The notes: generated by a model not told the origin, from the letters alone. A DNA stretch of 64,000 nt from Flavobacteriales bacterium (GCA_030729695.1 JANQWV010000070.1:9188-73187), one strand, 5' to 3'. Counted from the first letter of the stretch, positions 8,795-21,546 are shown. Made by a program: numbers and translations.

Positions 8795-10536
8795 TATTTC
8801 TTGTATTGCAGTTCCACTAAGTTACGATAATGACCGCTCATATTCATGAGCTCTTGGTGGTTTCCTTGCTCAATGATCTCTCCTTCTTCCAACACAAAAA
8901 TCACATCGGCTTGCTGTATGGTTGAAAGCCTGTGCGCGATAACAATTGAAGTTCTGTCTTTCGTAAGGAGCTCTGTCGCACGCTGAATCAATAACTCTGA
9001 CTCGGTGTCAATGCTCGAGGTAGCTTCATCAAGAATAACAATTTTAGGATCTTGAAGAAACACTCTTACAAATGCCAACAATTGTCTTTGACCTGTGCTC
9101 AACAGCGTTCCTCTCTCCTTCACATCGAAATCATATCCTCCTGGAAGTGCCATAATAAAGTCATGCGCACCCACCATTTTCGCAGCAGCGATCATGCGCT
9201 CGTCTGAAATTTCGGTGTTGTACAAGGTTAAATTATTTCGAATGGAATCGCTGAAAAGAAATACATCTTGAAGAACAACGCCTATTGTCTTCCGAAGGGA
9301 AATCAGAGGCAATCTCGAAAGTGCGACATCATCTATTAGAATCTCGCCTTCATTTATTTCATAGAAACGATTCAACAAAGAAATCAACGTCGACTTCCCA
9401 GAACCTGTAGAACCGACAATAGCCGCGTTCTTCCCTGCCTCAATAATCATGTTGAAGTGGGTCAACACCGGTTGATTCTCCACATATTGGAAACTCACAT
9501 TTCGGAATTCAATTCTTCCATTCACATCCTGCATTTCTTCGTGCAGCGCATCTTCTTCCGAATGATCTTCGTCCATTAATTTGAATACACGCTCTGCATT
9601 CACCACACCCATTTGAAGTACGTTGAAGTTGTCTGCCATCTGACGAATGGGTCTGTACATCATAGCAATAAAAGTGCTGAACTCAAGGATTAACCCTGGT
9701 GACATTTCCAAATTCAAACTCGATTTAACGCCCCACCAAAGCAAGAGAGAAACAGACAGTGCGGAAAGGATTTCAACTACCGGAAAGAAAACGGAATAGG
9801 CCCAGATACCGCGAATGTGTGCATCGCGCTGCTGCGCATTAATCTCTACGAACTTTTCATTTTCTATTTTTTGACGGTTGAAGAATTGAACAATGTTCAT
9901 TCCCGTAACGTGCTCTTGCACGAACACATTCATGCGCGCCACTTCATTTCGCACGTCTTGAAACGACTTCTTTACGGCTTGTTGAAACAAACGCGTGGCC
10001 CAAAGCAAAATGGGTATTGGAAGCATCACAATCAACGTCAACTTCCAATCGAGAAAAAACATAAACCCTACAATAACCAACAGTTTCAGCGTATCTCGAA
10101 TGATATCTAAAAGTCCAACGCTAAACACTTCCGCAATACCGTCGATGTCTCCAATGTGTCGCGTTACCAATTGTCCAACAGGAGTCTTATCGAAGTAATT
10201 CAACTTATATCGAATCACTTGCGCATAGACCTTTTCACGCATGTCGAGTGTAATGCTTTGCGCAACGCTATTCGCAGAAAGCGTTTGTATATACTGAAGT
10301 AAAATCTCTACTGCTAGCACTACAAAAAACCAAATGGCTACATTCAGTATTTGCATGGGATCTCCGCCGGGAACCGCCACATCTAACATATTGCGCATTT
10401 GCTCTGGACGAACCACTGTCAATCCAGAAAGCAATAAAACCAACAAAAGCGTCAAGGCGAATCCACCGCGATAAGGCTTGCTGTAGCTGTAAAGTCTTCC
10501 AAATATTTTCCAATCAAATGCCTTACCTGATGCCAT
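8794..10536 (-). CDS. ABC transporter, fused permease/ATP-binding protein (MsbA-like exporter)
   Basis: 580 aa. N-terminal six-helix TMD, Walker A GSTGSGKST, signature LSTGQRQ and Walker B IVILDEATS. Confidence 0.9.
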   Translation of the reverse strand: MASGKAFDWKIFGRLYSYSKPYRGGFALTLLLVLLLSGLTVVRPEQMRNMLDVAVPGGDPMQILNVAIWFFVVLAVEILLQYIQTLSANSVAQSITLDMREKVYAQVIRYKLNYFDKTPVGQLVTRHIGDIDGIAEVFSVGLLDIIRDTLKLLVIVGFMFFLDWKLTLIVMLPIPILLWATRLFQQAVKKSFQDVRNEVARMNVFVQEHVTGMNIVQFFNRQKIENEKFVEINAQQRDAHIRGIWAYSVFFPVVEILSALSVSLLLWWGVKSSLNLEMSPGLILEFSTFIAMMYRPIRQMADNFNVLQMGVVNAERVFKLMDEDHSEEDALHEEMQDVNGRIEFRNVSFQYVENQPVLTHFNMIIEAGKNAAIVGSTGSGKSTLISLLNRFYEINEGEILIDDVALSRLPLISLRKTIGVVLQDVFLFSDSIRNNLTLYNTEISDERMIAAAKMVGAHDFIMALPGGYDFDVKERGTLLSTGQRQLLAFVRVFLQDPKIVILDEATSSIDTESELLIQRATELLTKDRTSIVIAHRLSTIQQADVIFVLEEGEIIEQGNHQELMNMSGHYRNLVELQYKK

Positions 10537-10539
10537 CTT

Positions 10540-11325
10540 TTAGTTTGTTCGGAATGTAGATTCCGGATAAATAACTCGAGTTAAAAACAGTCCATTCGGA
10601 CGAACACTTTCTCCCGCTGCATTTCTCGATTTGCTATTCAGCACTTCTTGAAATTCTCCTAAACTCATCTCTCCTCTTCCCACTTGCAATAACGTTCCAA
10701 CCACCGCACGAACCATGTTCCGTAGGAACCGATCGGCAGTAATGTGAAAGATTAGCAAGCTATCTTTTTCTTCCCACCTTGCTTCTCGCACATCGCACAT
10801 GGTCGTCATCTGACCTCCGCCAGACTTACAGAAACAAGCAAAATCATGACTACCTAACATTAAACGTGCGGCGTTGTTCATGGCCTCAACGTTTAATTCC
10901 TTTCCATAGAAATACGTATAATTACGTTGGAAAGGGTCTTTCTTTTTCGCAATGCGATATTCGTAAGAACGTTCATTCGCATCGAATCGCGCATGTGCGC
11001 GATTGTTCACCTTGAAAAGTCTATAGGCTGCAATGTCCTTTGGCAACACTTGTTGCAATCGGAACAACGTTTCCTCTTCATTCAACTCATGAATTTCCGG
11101 AACGAAATGAAGATAAAAATCGCTCGCATGCACTCCCGTGTCTGTGCGACCGCAACCGAGTGTAACCACTTTCGGCAAACGTAAAATTTTGCAGAGGGCT
11201 TTTTCTATTTCTTCTTGAACCGAATGAGCATTCGGTTGACGTTGCCAGCCGTGATAGTTCGTTCCATCATAGGCTATCTGCAGGAAGTAGCGTGCAAATT
11301 CAGTTTTCTCTTCTTCCTGCTCCAT
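10540..11325 (-). CDS. truA: tRNA pseudouridine(38-40) synthase
   Basis: 261 aa. YDGTNYHGWQRQ and the catalytic-Asp motif GCGRTDTGVHA. Confidence 0.92.
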   Translation of the reverse strand: MEQEEEKTEFARYFLQIAYDGTNYHGWQRQPNAHSVQEEIEKALCKILRLPKVVTLGCGRTDTGVHASDFYLHFVPEIHELNEEETLFRLQQVLPKDIAAYRLFKVNNRAHARFDANERSYEYRIAKKKDPFQRNYTYFYGKELNVEAMNNAARLMLGSHDFACFCKSGGGQMTTMCDVREARWEEKDSLLIFHITADRFLRNMVRAVVGTLLQVGRGEMSLGEFQEVLNSKSRNAAGESVRPNGLFLTRVIYPESTFRTN

Positions 11326-11332
11326 TGCCTAA

Positions 11333-12990
<1,658 letters not shown>

Positions 12991-13045
12991 AACCCAAAAT
13001 TTAATGTAATTCCCATTTGACAATCGTTGAGCCAAGCCAAAAAGA

Positions 13046-13060
13046 GCGACAGGCTGTCAG
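13046..13060. promoter_or_regulatory. Inverted repeat GCGACAG-G-CTGTCAG in the grpE leader, related to the dnaK-leader repeat
   Basis: Read directly, 56-70 nt upstream of the grpE ATG at 12990. The GACAG/CTGTC core matches the site at 2194-2209. Confidence 0.3.
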
Positions 13061-13090
13061 AAAACAAAACGGGCCGAATGCATTCGGCCC
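13059..13090 (-). terminator. Rho-independent terminator of the upstream thioredoxin-like gene
   Basis: GGGCCGAATG/CATTCGGCCC hairpin at 13071-13090, followed on the minus strand by GTTTTGTTTTCT. Confidence 0.75.
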
Positions 13091-13114
13091 GCAAAGATAA
13101 CTTATATAATAAGA

Positions 13115-13687
13115 TCAATTGAACGAAGCTACATACTTGTCCAATTCCATGTCTAAAGCTGTTCCGCGAAGGTTTTTCGCGACAATGATTCCATTCTCGT
13201 CAATCAATACACTTGAAGGAATACTTGAGATACCGTACAACTGTCCGGCAGCATTGGCCCAACCTTTCATATCACAAACATGGTACTTCCACAACAATCC
13301 GTCTTTCGCAATGGCTTCTTCCCAAGCATTCTTATTTTGATCGAAGCTAACCGAAAAGATTTCGAATCCTTTAGCGGTCTTGAATTTAGCCTTCGTGTAT
13401 TTGTTGTAGGCCGCTACTACATTCGGATTTTCTCTGCGACAAGGTCCACACCATGAAGCCCAGAAATCAATCAAAACCATTTTACCTCTTAAAGAAGAAA
13501 GCTTTAAGTCTTTTCCGTCCACACCCTTCATAATAATGTTTGGTGCTTCGTCGCCAATCTCCAATCCGATTTTGGTTGGAGTTGGTGTGGTATCATTCTG
13601 CTTAACCGAAGTGAAGCTGAACATCGCGACTACTGCGAGTAGCAAAGCGAAAGGGGCAAGATTTTTTTTCATAATTATTGAATTCAT
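13115..13687 (-). CDS. TlpA/ResA-like thiol:disulfide oxidoreductase (thioredoxin fold), exported
   Basis: 190 aa. Signal peptide MKKNLAPFALLLAVVAMFSF and redox motif WASWCGPC. An alternative ATG start lies at 13672. Confidence 0.85.
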   Translation of the reverse strand: MNSIIMKKNLAPFALLLAVVAMFSFTSVKQNDTTPTPTKIGLEIGDEAPNIIMKGVDGKDLKLSSLRGKMVLIDFWASWCGPCRRENPNVVAAYNKYTKAKFKTAKGFEIFSVSFDQNKNAWEEAIAKDGLLWKYHVCDMKGWANAAGQLYGISSIPSSVLIDENGIIVAKNLRGTALDMELDKYVASFN

Positions 13688-13740
13688 TTCAAATATAGAA
13701 CGTAATAGTACTCACAAGCCAAAGTTCTTGCCAAAGAGTT

Positions 13741-15048
13741 TCAGACGCGCTTGATATCTGCTCCCAATGCTTGCAAGCGCGCTTCAATATCTTGATAACC
13801 GCGATCAATCTGCTCAATGTTCTGAATCGTTGACTTTCCTTTCGCGCTCAAAGCCGCAATTAACAAGGAAACTCCCGCACGAATATCCGGAGAAGACATG
13901 GTCACTCCTTTTAAGGTCGATTTGCGATCGAGGCCAATGACTGTTGCTCTGTGCGGATCACACAAAATTATCTGCGCACCCATATCAATCAACTTGTCTA
14001 CGAAGAACAAACGGCTCTCGAACATCTTTTGATGAATAAGCACCGATCCTCTTGCTTGTGTTGCAGTAACCAAAGCAATCGAAATTAAATCCGGAGTGAA
14101 TCCCGGCCAAGGTGAATCGCTAATGGTCATGATTGAACCATCGATGAACGTATCAATCTCGTACGAATCCTGCGCTGGAATATGAAGATCATCACCGTTC
14201 ACAAGATCCACTTGTATTCCCATGCGACGGAACATTTCAGGAATAATTCCTAAATCGTTGTAAGAAACATCTTTGATCGTAATGTCTCCCTTCGTCATGG
14301 CCGCCATTCCAATGAAAGATCCAATTTCAATCATATCTGGAAGACATCTGTGCTCGGTTCCACCTAATTTTTCAACCCCCTCAATGATGAGTAAATTCGA
14401 ACCAATGCCCGAAATTTTTCCACCCATGCGGTTGATCATTTTACACAACTGTTGAAGGTAAGGCTCACAAGCAGCGTTGTAAATAGAAGTTGTTCCCTCA
14501 GCTAAAGCCGCAGCCATAACAATGTTCGCAGTTCCTGTTACAGAAGCTTCATCGAGCAGCATGTATGCACCCTTCAATCGGTTTGAAGTCACACTATAAA
14601 AGTGATTCACCGAATCATAATTGAATGTTGCACCTAAATTTTGAAATCCCGTAAAGTGGGTATCTAAACGGCGACGACCAATCTTATCTCCACCTGGCTT
14701 GGGAATGTATCCTTGTCCAAATCTTCCAAGCATGGGTCCTACTAACATGATAGATCCGCGCAATGCAGCAGCCTTCTTCTTGTAATCTTCTGTCTTTAAA
14801 TATTCAAGATTAACATCGTCAGCAATGAATTTGAATTCGCCCTTAGCCAACTTTTCCACCTTCACTCCAATGTCTTGTAGCAAGTCTATCAACTTCAACA
14901 CATCAATAATCTCCGGGATATTGCGAATAATTACAGGCTCTGCAGTAAGCAATACAGCAGATATAATTTGTAACGCCTCATTCTTCGCTCCTTGCGGAAT
15001 AACAGTTCCCTTCAAAGCATTGCCACCAACAATTTCAAAAGCCGACAT
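13741..15048 (-). CDS. murA: UDP-N-acetylglucosamine 1-carboxyvinyltransferase
   Basis: 435 aa from the ATG at 15048 (MSAFEIVGGNALKGTV..PQGAKNEALQI). The 23-aa extension in the ORF track is not MurA-like. The active-site loop reads KPGGDKIGRRRLD. Confidence 0.93.
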   Translation of the reverse strand: MSAFEIVGGNALKGTVIPQGAKNEALQIISAVLLTAEPVIIRNIPEIIDVLKLIDLLQDIGVKVEKLAKGEFKFIADDVNLEYLKTEDYKKKAAALRGSIMLVGPMLGRFGQGYIPKPGGDKIGRRRLDTHFTGFQNLGATFNYDSVNHFYSVTSNRLKGAYMLLDEASVTGTANIVMAAALAEGTTSIYNAACEPYLQQLCKMINRMGGKISGIGSNLLIIEGVEKLGGTEHRCLPDMIEIGSFIGMAAMTKGDITIKDVSYNDLGIIPEMFRRMGIQVDLVNGDDLHIPAQDSYEIDTFIDGSIMTISDSPWPGFTPDLISIALVTATQARGSVLIHQKMFESRLFFVDKLIDMGAQIILCDPHRATVIGLDRKSTLKGVTMSSPDIRAGVSLLIAALSAKGKSTIQNIEQIDRGYQDIEARLQALGADIKRV

Positions 15049-15166
15049 ATCTCTTAATTTTCTTCGAAGAAAATGCGAAACTTCCTTGCCTCGAACCCTG
15101 AAAAGTAAAATTATCAACGTTGGACAATGAATTACGCAAGGGCTGGGCTAACTTTGAAATGAACTT

Positions 15167-15859
15167 ATGACAAGAAGACTACTTTCACTTTGCTTGATCA
15201 TGGCACTGTACAATACCGTTAACGCCCAAGACTGGGCAAATCTGAATTACTACAGAAAAGCAAATACCTTGCTTGAAAATCCTGCAAACAATGAAGACCG
15301 CGTTGTCTTCATGGGAAATTCAATCACTGAATTCTGGAAAAACATTCATCCCGATTTTTTTGTTGGAAAAACCTATATCAACAGAGGGATTGGTGGACAA
15401 ACCACTTCACAAATGTTACTCCGTTTTCGTGCAGATGTCATAAATCTTCATCCAAAAGTTGTCGTGTTTCTAGGAGGTACAAACGACATTGCGGGGAATA
15501 CCGGCGATGTAACACTCGACGTGATTGAAGACAATATTTTCTCCATGATTGAATTAGCGCGGGCTAACGATATCTCGGTTGTCTTGTGTTCTGTTCTTCC
15601 TGTATTCGAATACTCATGGAGCCCAGGAAAAGAGCCCGCGGAAAAAATTATTGAATTGAATAAAGCCTTGCGTTTCTATGCTGAAACACATGATATCACT
15701 TTCGTTGACTTCCATACACCAATGAAGGACGAGCGCAACGGACTTCGCATTGAATTGGGTGAAGACGGCGTGCATCCCAACGTGGCTGGATATCTAATCA
15801 TGGAGCCTCTTGTCGAAGAGGCCATCAGCAAGGAAATTCAAAAAATCAAAGCCAAATAG
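15167..15859 (+). CDS. SGNH/GDSL-family hydrolase, exported
   Basis: 230 aa. Signal peptide ending VNAQ, block I VVFMGNSITEFW, block III GGTND, and a C-terminal DGVHPN (DxxH). Confidence 0.85.
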   Translation: MTRRLLSLCLIMALYNTVNAQDWANLNYYRKANTLLENPANNEDRVVFMGNSITEFWKNIHPDFFVGKTYINRGIGGQTTSQMLLRFRADVINLHPKVVVFLGGTNDIAGNTGDVTLDVIEDNIFSMIELARANDISVVLCSVLPVFEYSWSPGKEPAEKIIELNKALRFYAETHDITFVDFHTPMKDERNGLRIELGEDGVHPNVAGYLIMEPLVEEAISKEIQKIKAK

Positions 15860-15877
15860 AATTAGTATCTTTATAAA

Positions 15878-18868
15878 ATGAATAAATTAATTGTTCTTTT
15901 CATCGCAATGTTTATTTCAAATTTCACTTGGTCACAGATTGTCATAAATGAAGGAAGCAATAAGAACTACAGTCTCATTGCCGATGAAGATGGCGAATAC
16001 GAAGATTGGGTTGAACTTTATAACGCAGGAACTTCAGCAGTCGATCTCTTCGGTTATTCTTTAACCGACAATTCTAGTACTCCAACAGAATGGACATTTC
16101 CTCATTACACGCTTAATCCTGGGGAATTCCTTGTTGTTTTCTGCAGCGAAAAAAACAGATTCGCAACTTCGCCTTTCACCACCACGGTCAATACAGGAAT
16201 TTACACTCCATTTGTTGGATGGAACACCCACAACTTCACAACACCTTTTCAATGGGACGGTGTTTCGAGCATCGCAGTAAACGTATGCTCATACAGCAAC
16301 ACTGGCTATATTACTAACTCTGTTTTTAGGCAGTCTGCTACATCATACGGATCGACAACATACGCATACAATGATGGCAACGAAGCGTCGTGTTCAGCTG
16401 TTTTAGGCAGCGTTGCTAATCAACGTCCGAATATGAAATTAAACGGCTTTACCATCGGAACGGGTAACATTCAAAACGGAAATACCGATTATCCCGCACC
16501 TTATGGAAATTGGTATTGGAGCGCGCGAAATCAAATGCTCATTCCAGCTGCAGAACTTACAGCAGCTGGACTCACTCCGGGACCTATCAATTCGCTTGGA
16601 TTTAATGTCGCGGCCACAGACCCTGTGGAATATACCTACATTGAAATTGCCATGAAAAACACTCCCGATGTTGCCATGACAAATGCATTCCTTCCTAATT
16701 CAGGAACACAATTTCATACCAATTTCAAACTTTCAGGAAGTGGAGACACGCTGTTTTTATTCAACCCTTCGCAGGTTCTTGAAAATAGTTTATTCATTAA
16801 TTGTCAGGCCATCGACATGAGTATTGGAAGATATCCGAATGGTTCCAACTCAAATTCGCTTTTCGCTAATCCAACACCTGAATCAAGCAACAACCAGGCA
16901 CCTGCGTTGGGCTATGCCATTGCACCGCTTTTCGACCAAAACCCTGGTGTTTACACAACGCCTTTCGATGTTTCTATTCTCGATTTGAATACGGCCCCCT
17001 CAACAATTCGGTACACAACAGATGGAAGTGAACCAAATTTCAATTCACCCGTTTACACTGGAACACCTATCCCATTCTTCCAGTCACGAATTCTTCGCGC
17101 AAGAGCGTTCAAACCGAACTACATTCCGAGTAATGTAACTTCCGCTTCTTTCCTTTTCAACATCACTCACACCACTCCTATTCTTTCAATCACCACAGAC
17201 AATTCGAATCTTTATGGAAGCGAGGGAATCTTCGACAATTGGGACCAAGACTGGTTGCGCAGCGCGCACATAGACTATTTCGATTCTATTCCTGGACATC
17301 CGCTTATGTTTTCGCAAAACACCGGAATGCAAATCGATGGCGGCGCTGGCGGAAGCCGCTCACATCCGCAACACTCTTTCAGATTGGAATTAGCACACAG
17401 CGTTCTTGGTGAAAATCCTGTCAACCAAGTCATCATTCCTGGAAGACCCAACAGAAACAAATACTCAGAATTCTATTTGCGAAATGGAAGTAATCAATAT
17501 TTAGTTCTACCATACAAAGAAGCTTGTCAGGCAGAACTCATGTGTCGTGGAGCAAATGCCAACTACAGCGCATACAGACCTGCTACTGTTTACATAAACG
17601 GACAGTACTTCGGGCTTTACGAGCTTCGTGAAAAGTACAATGCTGAAATGTTCAAAGAGAACGAAGGAGCGAATAAAGACTCTGTTGAGTTAATGTCACT
17701 CAGCTATTGGTATGGAGGAATCTTGCGTGCTGTAGAAGGTTCAACAGAAAATTTCTGGAATTCATATAACGCATTCAATAATTTGAACGCAGGTAGTCCG
17801 AGCTATTGGAATGATGCCGATCAGCATTTCGACATGACTTACTATACCGATTACATTATTTCAGAATCGTGGATGGGCAATGTCGATTGGCCTCAGAACA
17901 ACATAAAAATTCACCGCTCTAATGTGACCAGCAACAAATGGCGTTTCGCAACCATTGATTTGGAATTAGCGCTTAACCCGAATGCTTGGACAGATTGTTT
18001 CTTCAATCACATCGATTACATTTCAGGACAGAGTACCGACAATCCGTACATCAACATTTGGCTGCAAAGCATTCAAAATACACAATACAAAAACTACTTC
18101 ATCAACCGCTTCGCTGATTTGATGAACACAAACTATCGTCCTGAAAGGCTTATTGCTGTAGAGAATCGTTATTTCAATTTAACTGCACCTGAAATGGCGA
18201 ATGAATACCAGCGTTGGGGAGATGCGAATAACGTCCCAGGGCAGATGGATAATTTCTACAACAATCACTTGACATTCCAATCAGAATTGCTTTGCAGAAC
18301 AGAGCAAGTTCGCAATCACATTCAAGGTCGTTTCAACTTACCGAATCAAGTTGATGTTACATTGGATGTTTTACCAATAGGTTCAGGACAAATTCACATC
18401 AGCACCATTCAACCTACTGAATATCCTTGGACAGGGGTTTACTTCGACGGCGTGCCCGTGAAAATTGAAGCCATTGCTAATCCGGGTTATGAATTCGCTT
18501 ATTGGGACAACAGCAGTTTGATCAACGATATTCTTGATTCCGTTTGGCTTGGAAACATTTCCTTGAACACAGCAGAATTCACAGCACATTTCCAATCGAA
18601 CGTGAATGTGAATGAGGAAGAAGAATCTGTCTTCAGAATTTACCCTTCACCTGCTCAAGACTACATTCAAGTAGTTGCTGAAGCGCAATTCAGAGGATTG
18701 ACTTATTCTATTTTCGACATTCAAGGAAAATTGATCCATACTGGAAACATGCAGAATCAAGGTTCAACACGAATAGACGTTTCTGCATTCAGCGCTGGCA
18801 TGTATGCCATTCAAATTTCAGATAGCGCAAAAGGAATTGTTGCTAAAAAAATATTTGTAAAAGAATAA
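15878..18868 (+). CDS. CotH-family (atypical kinase-like) protein with a lamin-tail domain, an Fn3-associated/chitobiase C-terminal-like domain and a T9SS C-terminal sorting domain
   Basis: 996 aa. LTD motifs [20 protein letters not shown] and [24 protein letters not shown]. The Fn3_assoc-like stretch is [10 protein letters not shown]. CotH-like motifs are [31 protein letters not shown] and [10 protein letters not shown]. The C-terminus ([22 protein letters not shown]) is a type A T9SS CTD. Confidence 0.8.
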   Translation: MNKLIVLFIAMFISNFTWSQIVINEGSNKNYSLIADEDGEYEDWVELYNAGTSAVDLFGYSLTDNSSTPTEWTFPHYTLNPGEFLVVFCSEKNRFATSPFTTTVNTGIYTPFVGWNTHNFTTPFQWDGVSSIAVNVCSYSNTGYITNSVFRQSATSYGSTTYAYNDGNEASCSAVLGSVANQRPNMKLNGFTIGTGNIQNGNTDYPAPYGNWYWSARNQMLIPAAELTAAGLTPGPINSLGFNVAATDPVEYTYIEIAMKNTPDVAMTNAFLPNSGTQFHTNFKLSGSGDTLFLFNPSQVLENSLFINCQAIDMSIGRYPNGSNSNSLFANPTPESSNNQAPALGYAIAPLFDQNPGVYTTPFDVSILDLNTAPSTIRYTTDGSEPNFNSPVYTGTPIPFFQSRILRARAFKPNYIPSNVTSASFLFNITHTTPILSITTDNSNLYGSEGIFDNWDQDWLRSAHIDYFDSIPGHPLMFSQNTGMQIDGGAGGSRSHPQHSFRLELAHSVLGENPVNQVIIPGRPNRNKYSEFYLRNGSNQYLVLPYKEACQAELMCRGANANYSAYRPATVYINGQYFGLYELREKYNAEMFKENEGANKDSVELMSLSYWYGGILRAVEGSTENFWNSYNAFNNLNAGSPSYWNDADQHFDMTYYTDYIISESWMGNVDWPQNNIKIHRSNVTSNKWRFATIDLELALNPNAWTDCFFNHIDYISGQSTDNPYINIWLQSIQNTQYKNYFINRFADLMNTNYRPERLIAVENRYFNLTAPEMANEYQRWGDANNVPGQMDNFYNNHLTFQSELLCRTEQVRNHIQGRFNLPNQVDVTLDVLPIGSGQIHISTIQPTEYPWTGVYFDGVPVKIEAIANPGYEFAYWDNSSLINDILDSVWLGNISLNTAEFTAHFQSNVNVNEEEESVFRIYPSPAQDYIQVVAEAQFRGLTYSIFDIQGKLIHTGNMQNQGSTRIDVSAFSAGMYAIQISDSAKGIVAKKIFVKE

Positions 18869-18902
18869 TCCTCACTTTTGCCCCTCAAAAAAAACTATAC
18901 GC

Positions 18903-19718
18903 ATGTCAGTAAACAAAGAAGTTCGCAGAGTCACCACCCGCACCCTTCAGGAAATGAAGAACAAAGGCGAAAAAATTGCTATGCTCACTGCATACGATTA
19001 TTCGATGGCTCTGATTGTAGATCAGTCTGGAATTGATGTCATTCTTGTGGGTGATTCCGCTTCCAATGTCATGGCCGGTCACGAGACCACACTTCCAATT
19101 ACATTAGACCAAATGATCTATCACGCAGCAAGCGTGGTTCGTGCTTGTCAGCGATCACTCGTTGTCGTAGACATGCCTTTCGGATCATACCAAGGAAATT
19201 CGAAAGAAGCCTTGAACTCTGCCATTCGTATCATGAAGGAAACGGGCGGACACGCCATTAAAATGGAGGGTGGTGAAGAGATTGTTGAAAGTATAAAACG
19301 AATTTTAACTGCGGGAATTCCAGTTATGGGACACCTTGGACTTACACCTCAAAGCATCTACAAATTCGGAACCTATCAAGTTCGCGCGAAAGAAGAAGCT
19401 GAAGCTGAAAGACTCATACACGACGCTAAGCTTCTAGCAGAAAGCGGATGTTTCGCTATTGTCTTGGAAAAAATTCCGGCAGCTCTTGCTAAACGCGTTG
19501 CGCAAGAAGTGCAGGTTCCAATCATTGGAATTGGTGCGGGAAGTGACGTTGACGGGCAAGTATTGGTATTACACGATATGCTGGGAATTACCGAAGGTTT
19601 CACACCGAGATTTTTGCGTAAATACTTAAACATGGGCGAACAAATGCGCGGTGCCTTAGAGCAATACGTGAACGATGTACGAAGCGTTGATTTCCCGAAC
19701 GACAAAGAGCAGTATTGA
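18903..19718 (+). CDS. panB: 3-methyl-2-oxobutanoate hydroxymethyltransferase
   Basis: 271 aa. Motifs [21 protein letters not shown] and IKMEGG. Confidence 0.93.
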   Translation: MSVNKEVRRVTTRTLQEMKNKGEKIAMLTAYDYSMALIVDQSGIDVILVGDSASNVMAGHETTLPITLDQMIYHAASVVRACQRSLVVVDMPFGSYQGNSKEALNSAIRIMKETGGHAIKMEGGEEIVESIKRILTAGIPVMGHLGLTPQSIYKFGTYQVRAKEEAEAERLIHDAKLLAESGCFAIVLEKIPAALAKRVAQEVQVPIIGIGAGSDVDGQVLVLHDMLGITEGFTPRFLRKYLNMGEQMRGALEQYVNDVRSVDFPNDKEQY

Positions 19719-20470
19719 TGAAACAAAACGCGCCCAAAGTTTGGGACCGAGCACCAAAAAAACCGCTTGAAGTAACAACTGTAGAGAATCTTCGTGTCTT
19801 ATACGAAGACAATCACATCATTGCCGTAAACAAGCGTAATTCAGATATTGTCCAGGGTGACAAAACAGGTGATGCTGTGCTGAGCGACATTATTAAGCAA
19901 TACATCAAGAACAAATACAACAAACCCGGCGAAGTCTTTTGTGGAACAGTGCATCGTATTGACAGACCCGTTAGCGGAGTTGTGGTGTATGCAAAAACAA
20001 GCAAAGCACTTTCACGATTAACAGTAGATTTCAAAACACGCGAAGTATCTAAAACATACTGGGCTGTTGTGCAAGATACGCCGCCGAAGATGGAAGGCCA
20101 TGTGTTAAATTATTTGTGGAAAGATGAAAAACAAAACAAGTCTTTCTTCTTCAACGAACCGGGCAAAGACCGAAAGGAATCTGAATTGAATTACAAAGTG
20201 GTTGGAAAAGGCGAGCATTACACGTTTGTTGAAGTCTATCCGAAAACAGGAAGACATCATCAAATTCGAGCAACACTTTCCCAACTGGGCTGCCCAATCA
20301 AAGGAGATATTAAATACGGAAGCAAGCGTACCAACGACAATGCGAGTATTCACCTTCATGCAAGAAAAATAGAATTTACTCATCCGGTGAAAAAGACTCC
20401 TGTAGTCATTTCCGCACCACCACCAGAAGATCCACTGTGGGACGCCTTCCTTATTCAAGCTTTTGAATAA
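19715..20470 (+). CDS. RluA-family pseudouridine synthase
   Basis: 251 aa. Catalytic motif [16 protein letters not shown] and HQIRATL. Overlaps panB by 4 nt. Confidence 0.85.
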   Translation: MMKQNAPKVWDRAPKKPLEVTTVENLRVLYEDNHIIAVNKRNSDIVQGDKTGDAVLSDIIKQYIKNKYNKPGEVFCGTVHRIDRPVSGVVVYAKTSKALSRLTVDFKTREVSKTYWAVVQDTPPKMEGHVLNYLWKDEKQNKSFFFNEPGKDRKESELNYKVVGKGEHYTFVEVYPKTGRHHQIRATLSQLGCPIKGDIKYGSKRTNDNASIHLHARKIEFTHPVKKTPVVISAPPPEDPLWDAFLIQAFE

Positions 20471-20542
20471 CCTGTGCGTAAAATCACACATTGTCAAACT
20501 TCAGTCACACTATATTTGTCCTCTCAAAAAAATTAGAATATT

Positions 20543-21493
20543 ATGGAAGCGAACGAACACATCAAATGCCTTATCATCGGAAGCGGTCCTGCTGGCTATA
20601 CAGCTGCTATTTATGCTGCCCGTGCTGATATGAAACCGGTTATTTACCAAGGTCAACAGCCTGGCGGACAATTAATGGACACGACTGAAGTGGACAATTT
20701 CCCTGGATATCCTTCTGGAATCAAAGGTCCTGAAATGATGGCCGATCTTGAAAATCAAGCGAAACGCTTCGGAACAGATATCCGCAACGGATGGGTGACG
20801 AAAGTAGATTTTTCGGGAAGTAAGCATTTCGTCGAAATTGACAATGGAAAACACGTAATTTCTGCTGACGCTGTGATTATTGCAACCGGTGCTTCTGCGA
20901 AATGGTTGGGACTTGAAAACGAAATTCGCCTTCGTAATTTAGGCGGCGGTGTAAGTGCTTGCGCAGTTTGCGACGGATTCTTCTACCGCAATCAAGATGT
21001 GGCTATCGTTGGTGCTGGAGATACAGCAGCTGAGGAAGCGACGTACTTGGCAAAACTTTGTAAAAAGGTTTACATGATTGTTCGTAGCGATAAAATGCGT
21101 GCTTCAAGAGCCATGCAGAATCGTGTACTCGCGACCCCAAATATTGAAATTCTTTGGAATTCTACAACGGTCGACATTCTTGGTAAAGACGCCGTAGAAG
21201 GCGCAATATTCAAGAACAGTGAGACCGGAGAAAATCGTACGGTAGATATAACCGGTTTTTTTGTTGCCATCGGGCACAATCCAAACACGGGTGTATTCAA
21301 AGAATTCATCAACACCGATGAAACAGGCTACATCATAAACACACCTGGATCCTCGAAAACCAATATTGAAGGTGTATTTGTTTCCGGAGATGCCGCAGAT
21401 AAAACATACCGTCAGGCGGTTACTGCAGCAGGAACGGGATGTATGGCAGCCTTAGACGCTGAACGTTATTTAGCATCGAAAGGAATTCACTAA
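20543..21493 (+). CDS. trxB: Thioredoxin-disulfide reductase
   Basis: 316 aa. FAD motif IIGSGPAGYTAA, redox-active CAVCDG and NADPH motif VGAGDTAAEEA. Confidence 0.95.
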   Translation: MEANEHIKCLIIGSGPAGYTAAIYAARADMKPVIYQGQQPGGQLMDTTEVDNFPGYPSGIKGPEMMADLENQAKRFGTDIRNGWVTKVDFSGSKHFVEIDNGKHVISADAVIIATGASAKWLGLENEIRLRNLGGGVSACAVCDGFFYRNQDVAIVGAGDTAAEEATYLAKLCKKVYMIVRSDKMRASRAMQNRVLATPNIEILWNSTTVDILGKDAVEGAIFKNSETGENRTVDITGFFVAIGHNPNTGVFKEFINTDETGYIINTPGSSKTNIEGVFVSGDAADKTYRQAVTAAGTGCMAALDAERYLASKGIH

Positions 21494-21508
21494 GAAATTT
21501 CAAACCAA

Positions 21509-21542
21509 CAAAAAAGGTCGACAAATGTCGACCTTTTTTTTT
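21509..21542. terminator. Bidirectional rho-independent terminator (trxB on the plus strand, tRNA-His on the minus strand)
   Basis: GGTCGAC (21516-21522) pairs with GTCGACC (21527-21533) around a 4-nt loop. It is flanked by an A-run upstream and a T9 run downstream. Confidence 0.8.
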
Positions 21543-21546
21543 CTAG

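Noticed and set aside
15049-15117. 23-codon N-terminal extension of the murA ORF
   Set aside because: The extension (MIILLFRVRGKEVSHFLRRKLRD) is not MurA-like. The ATG at 15048 gives the canonical MurA N-terminus.
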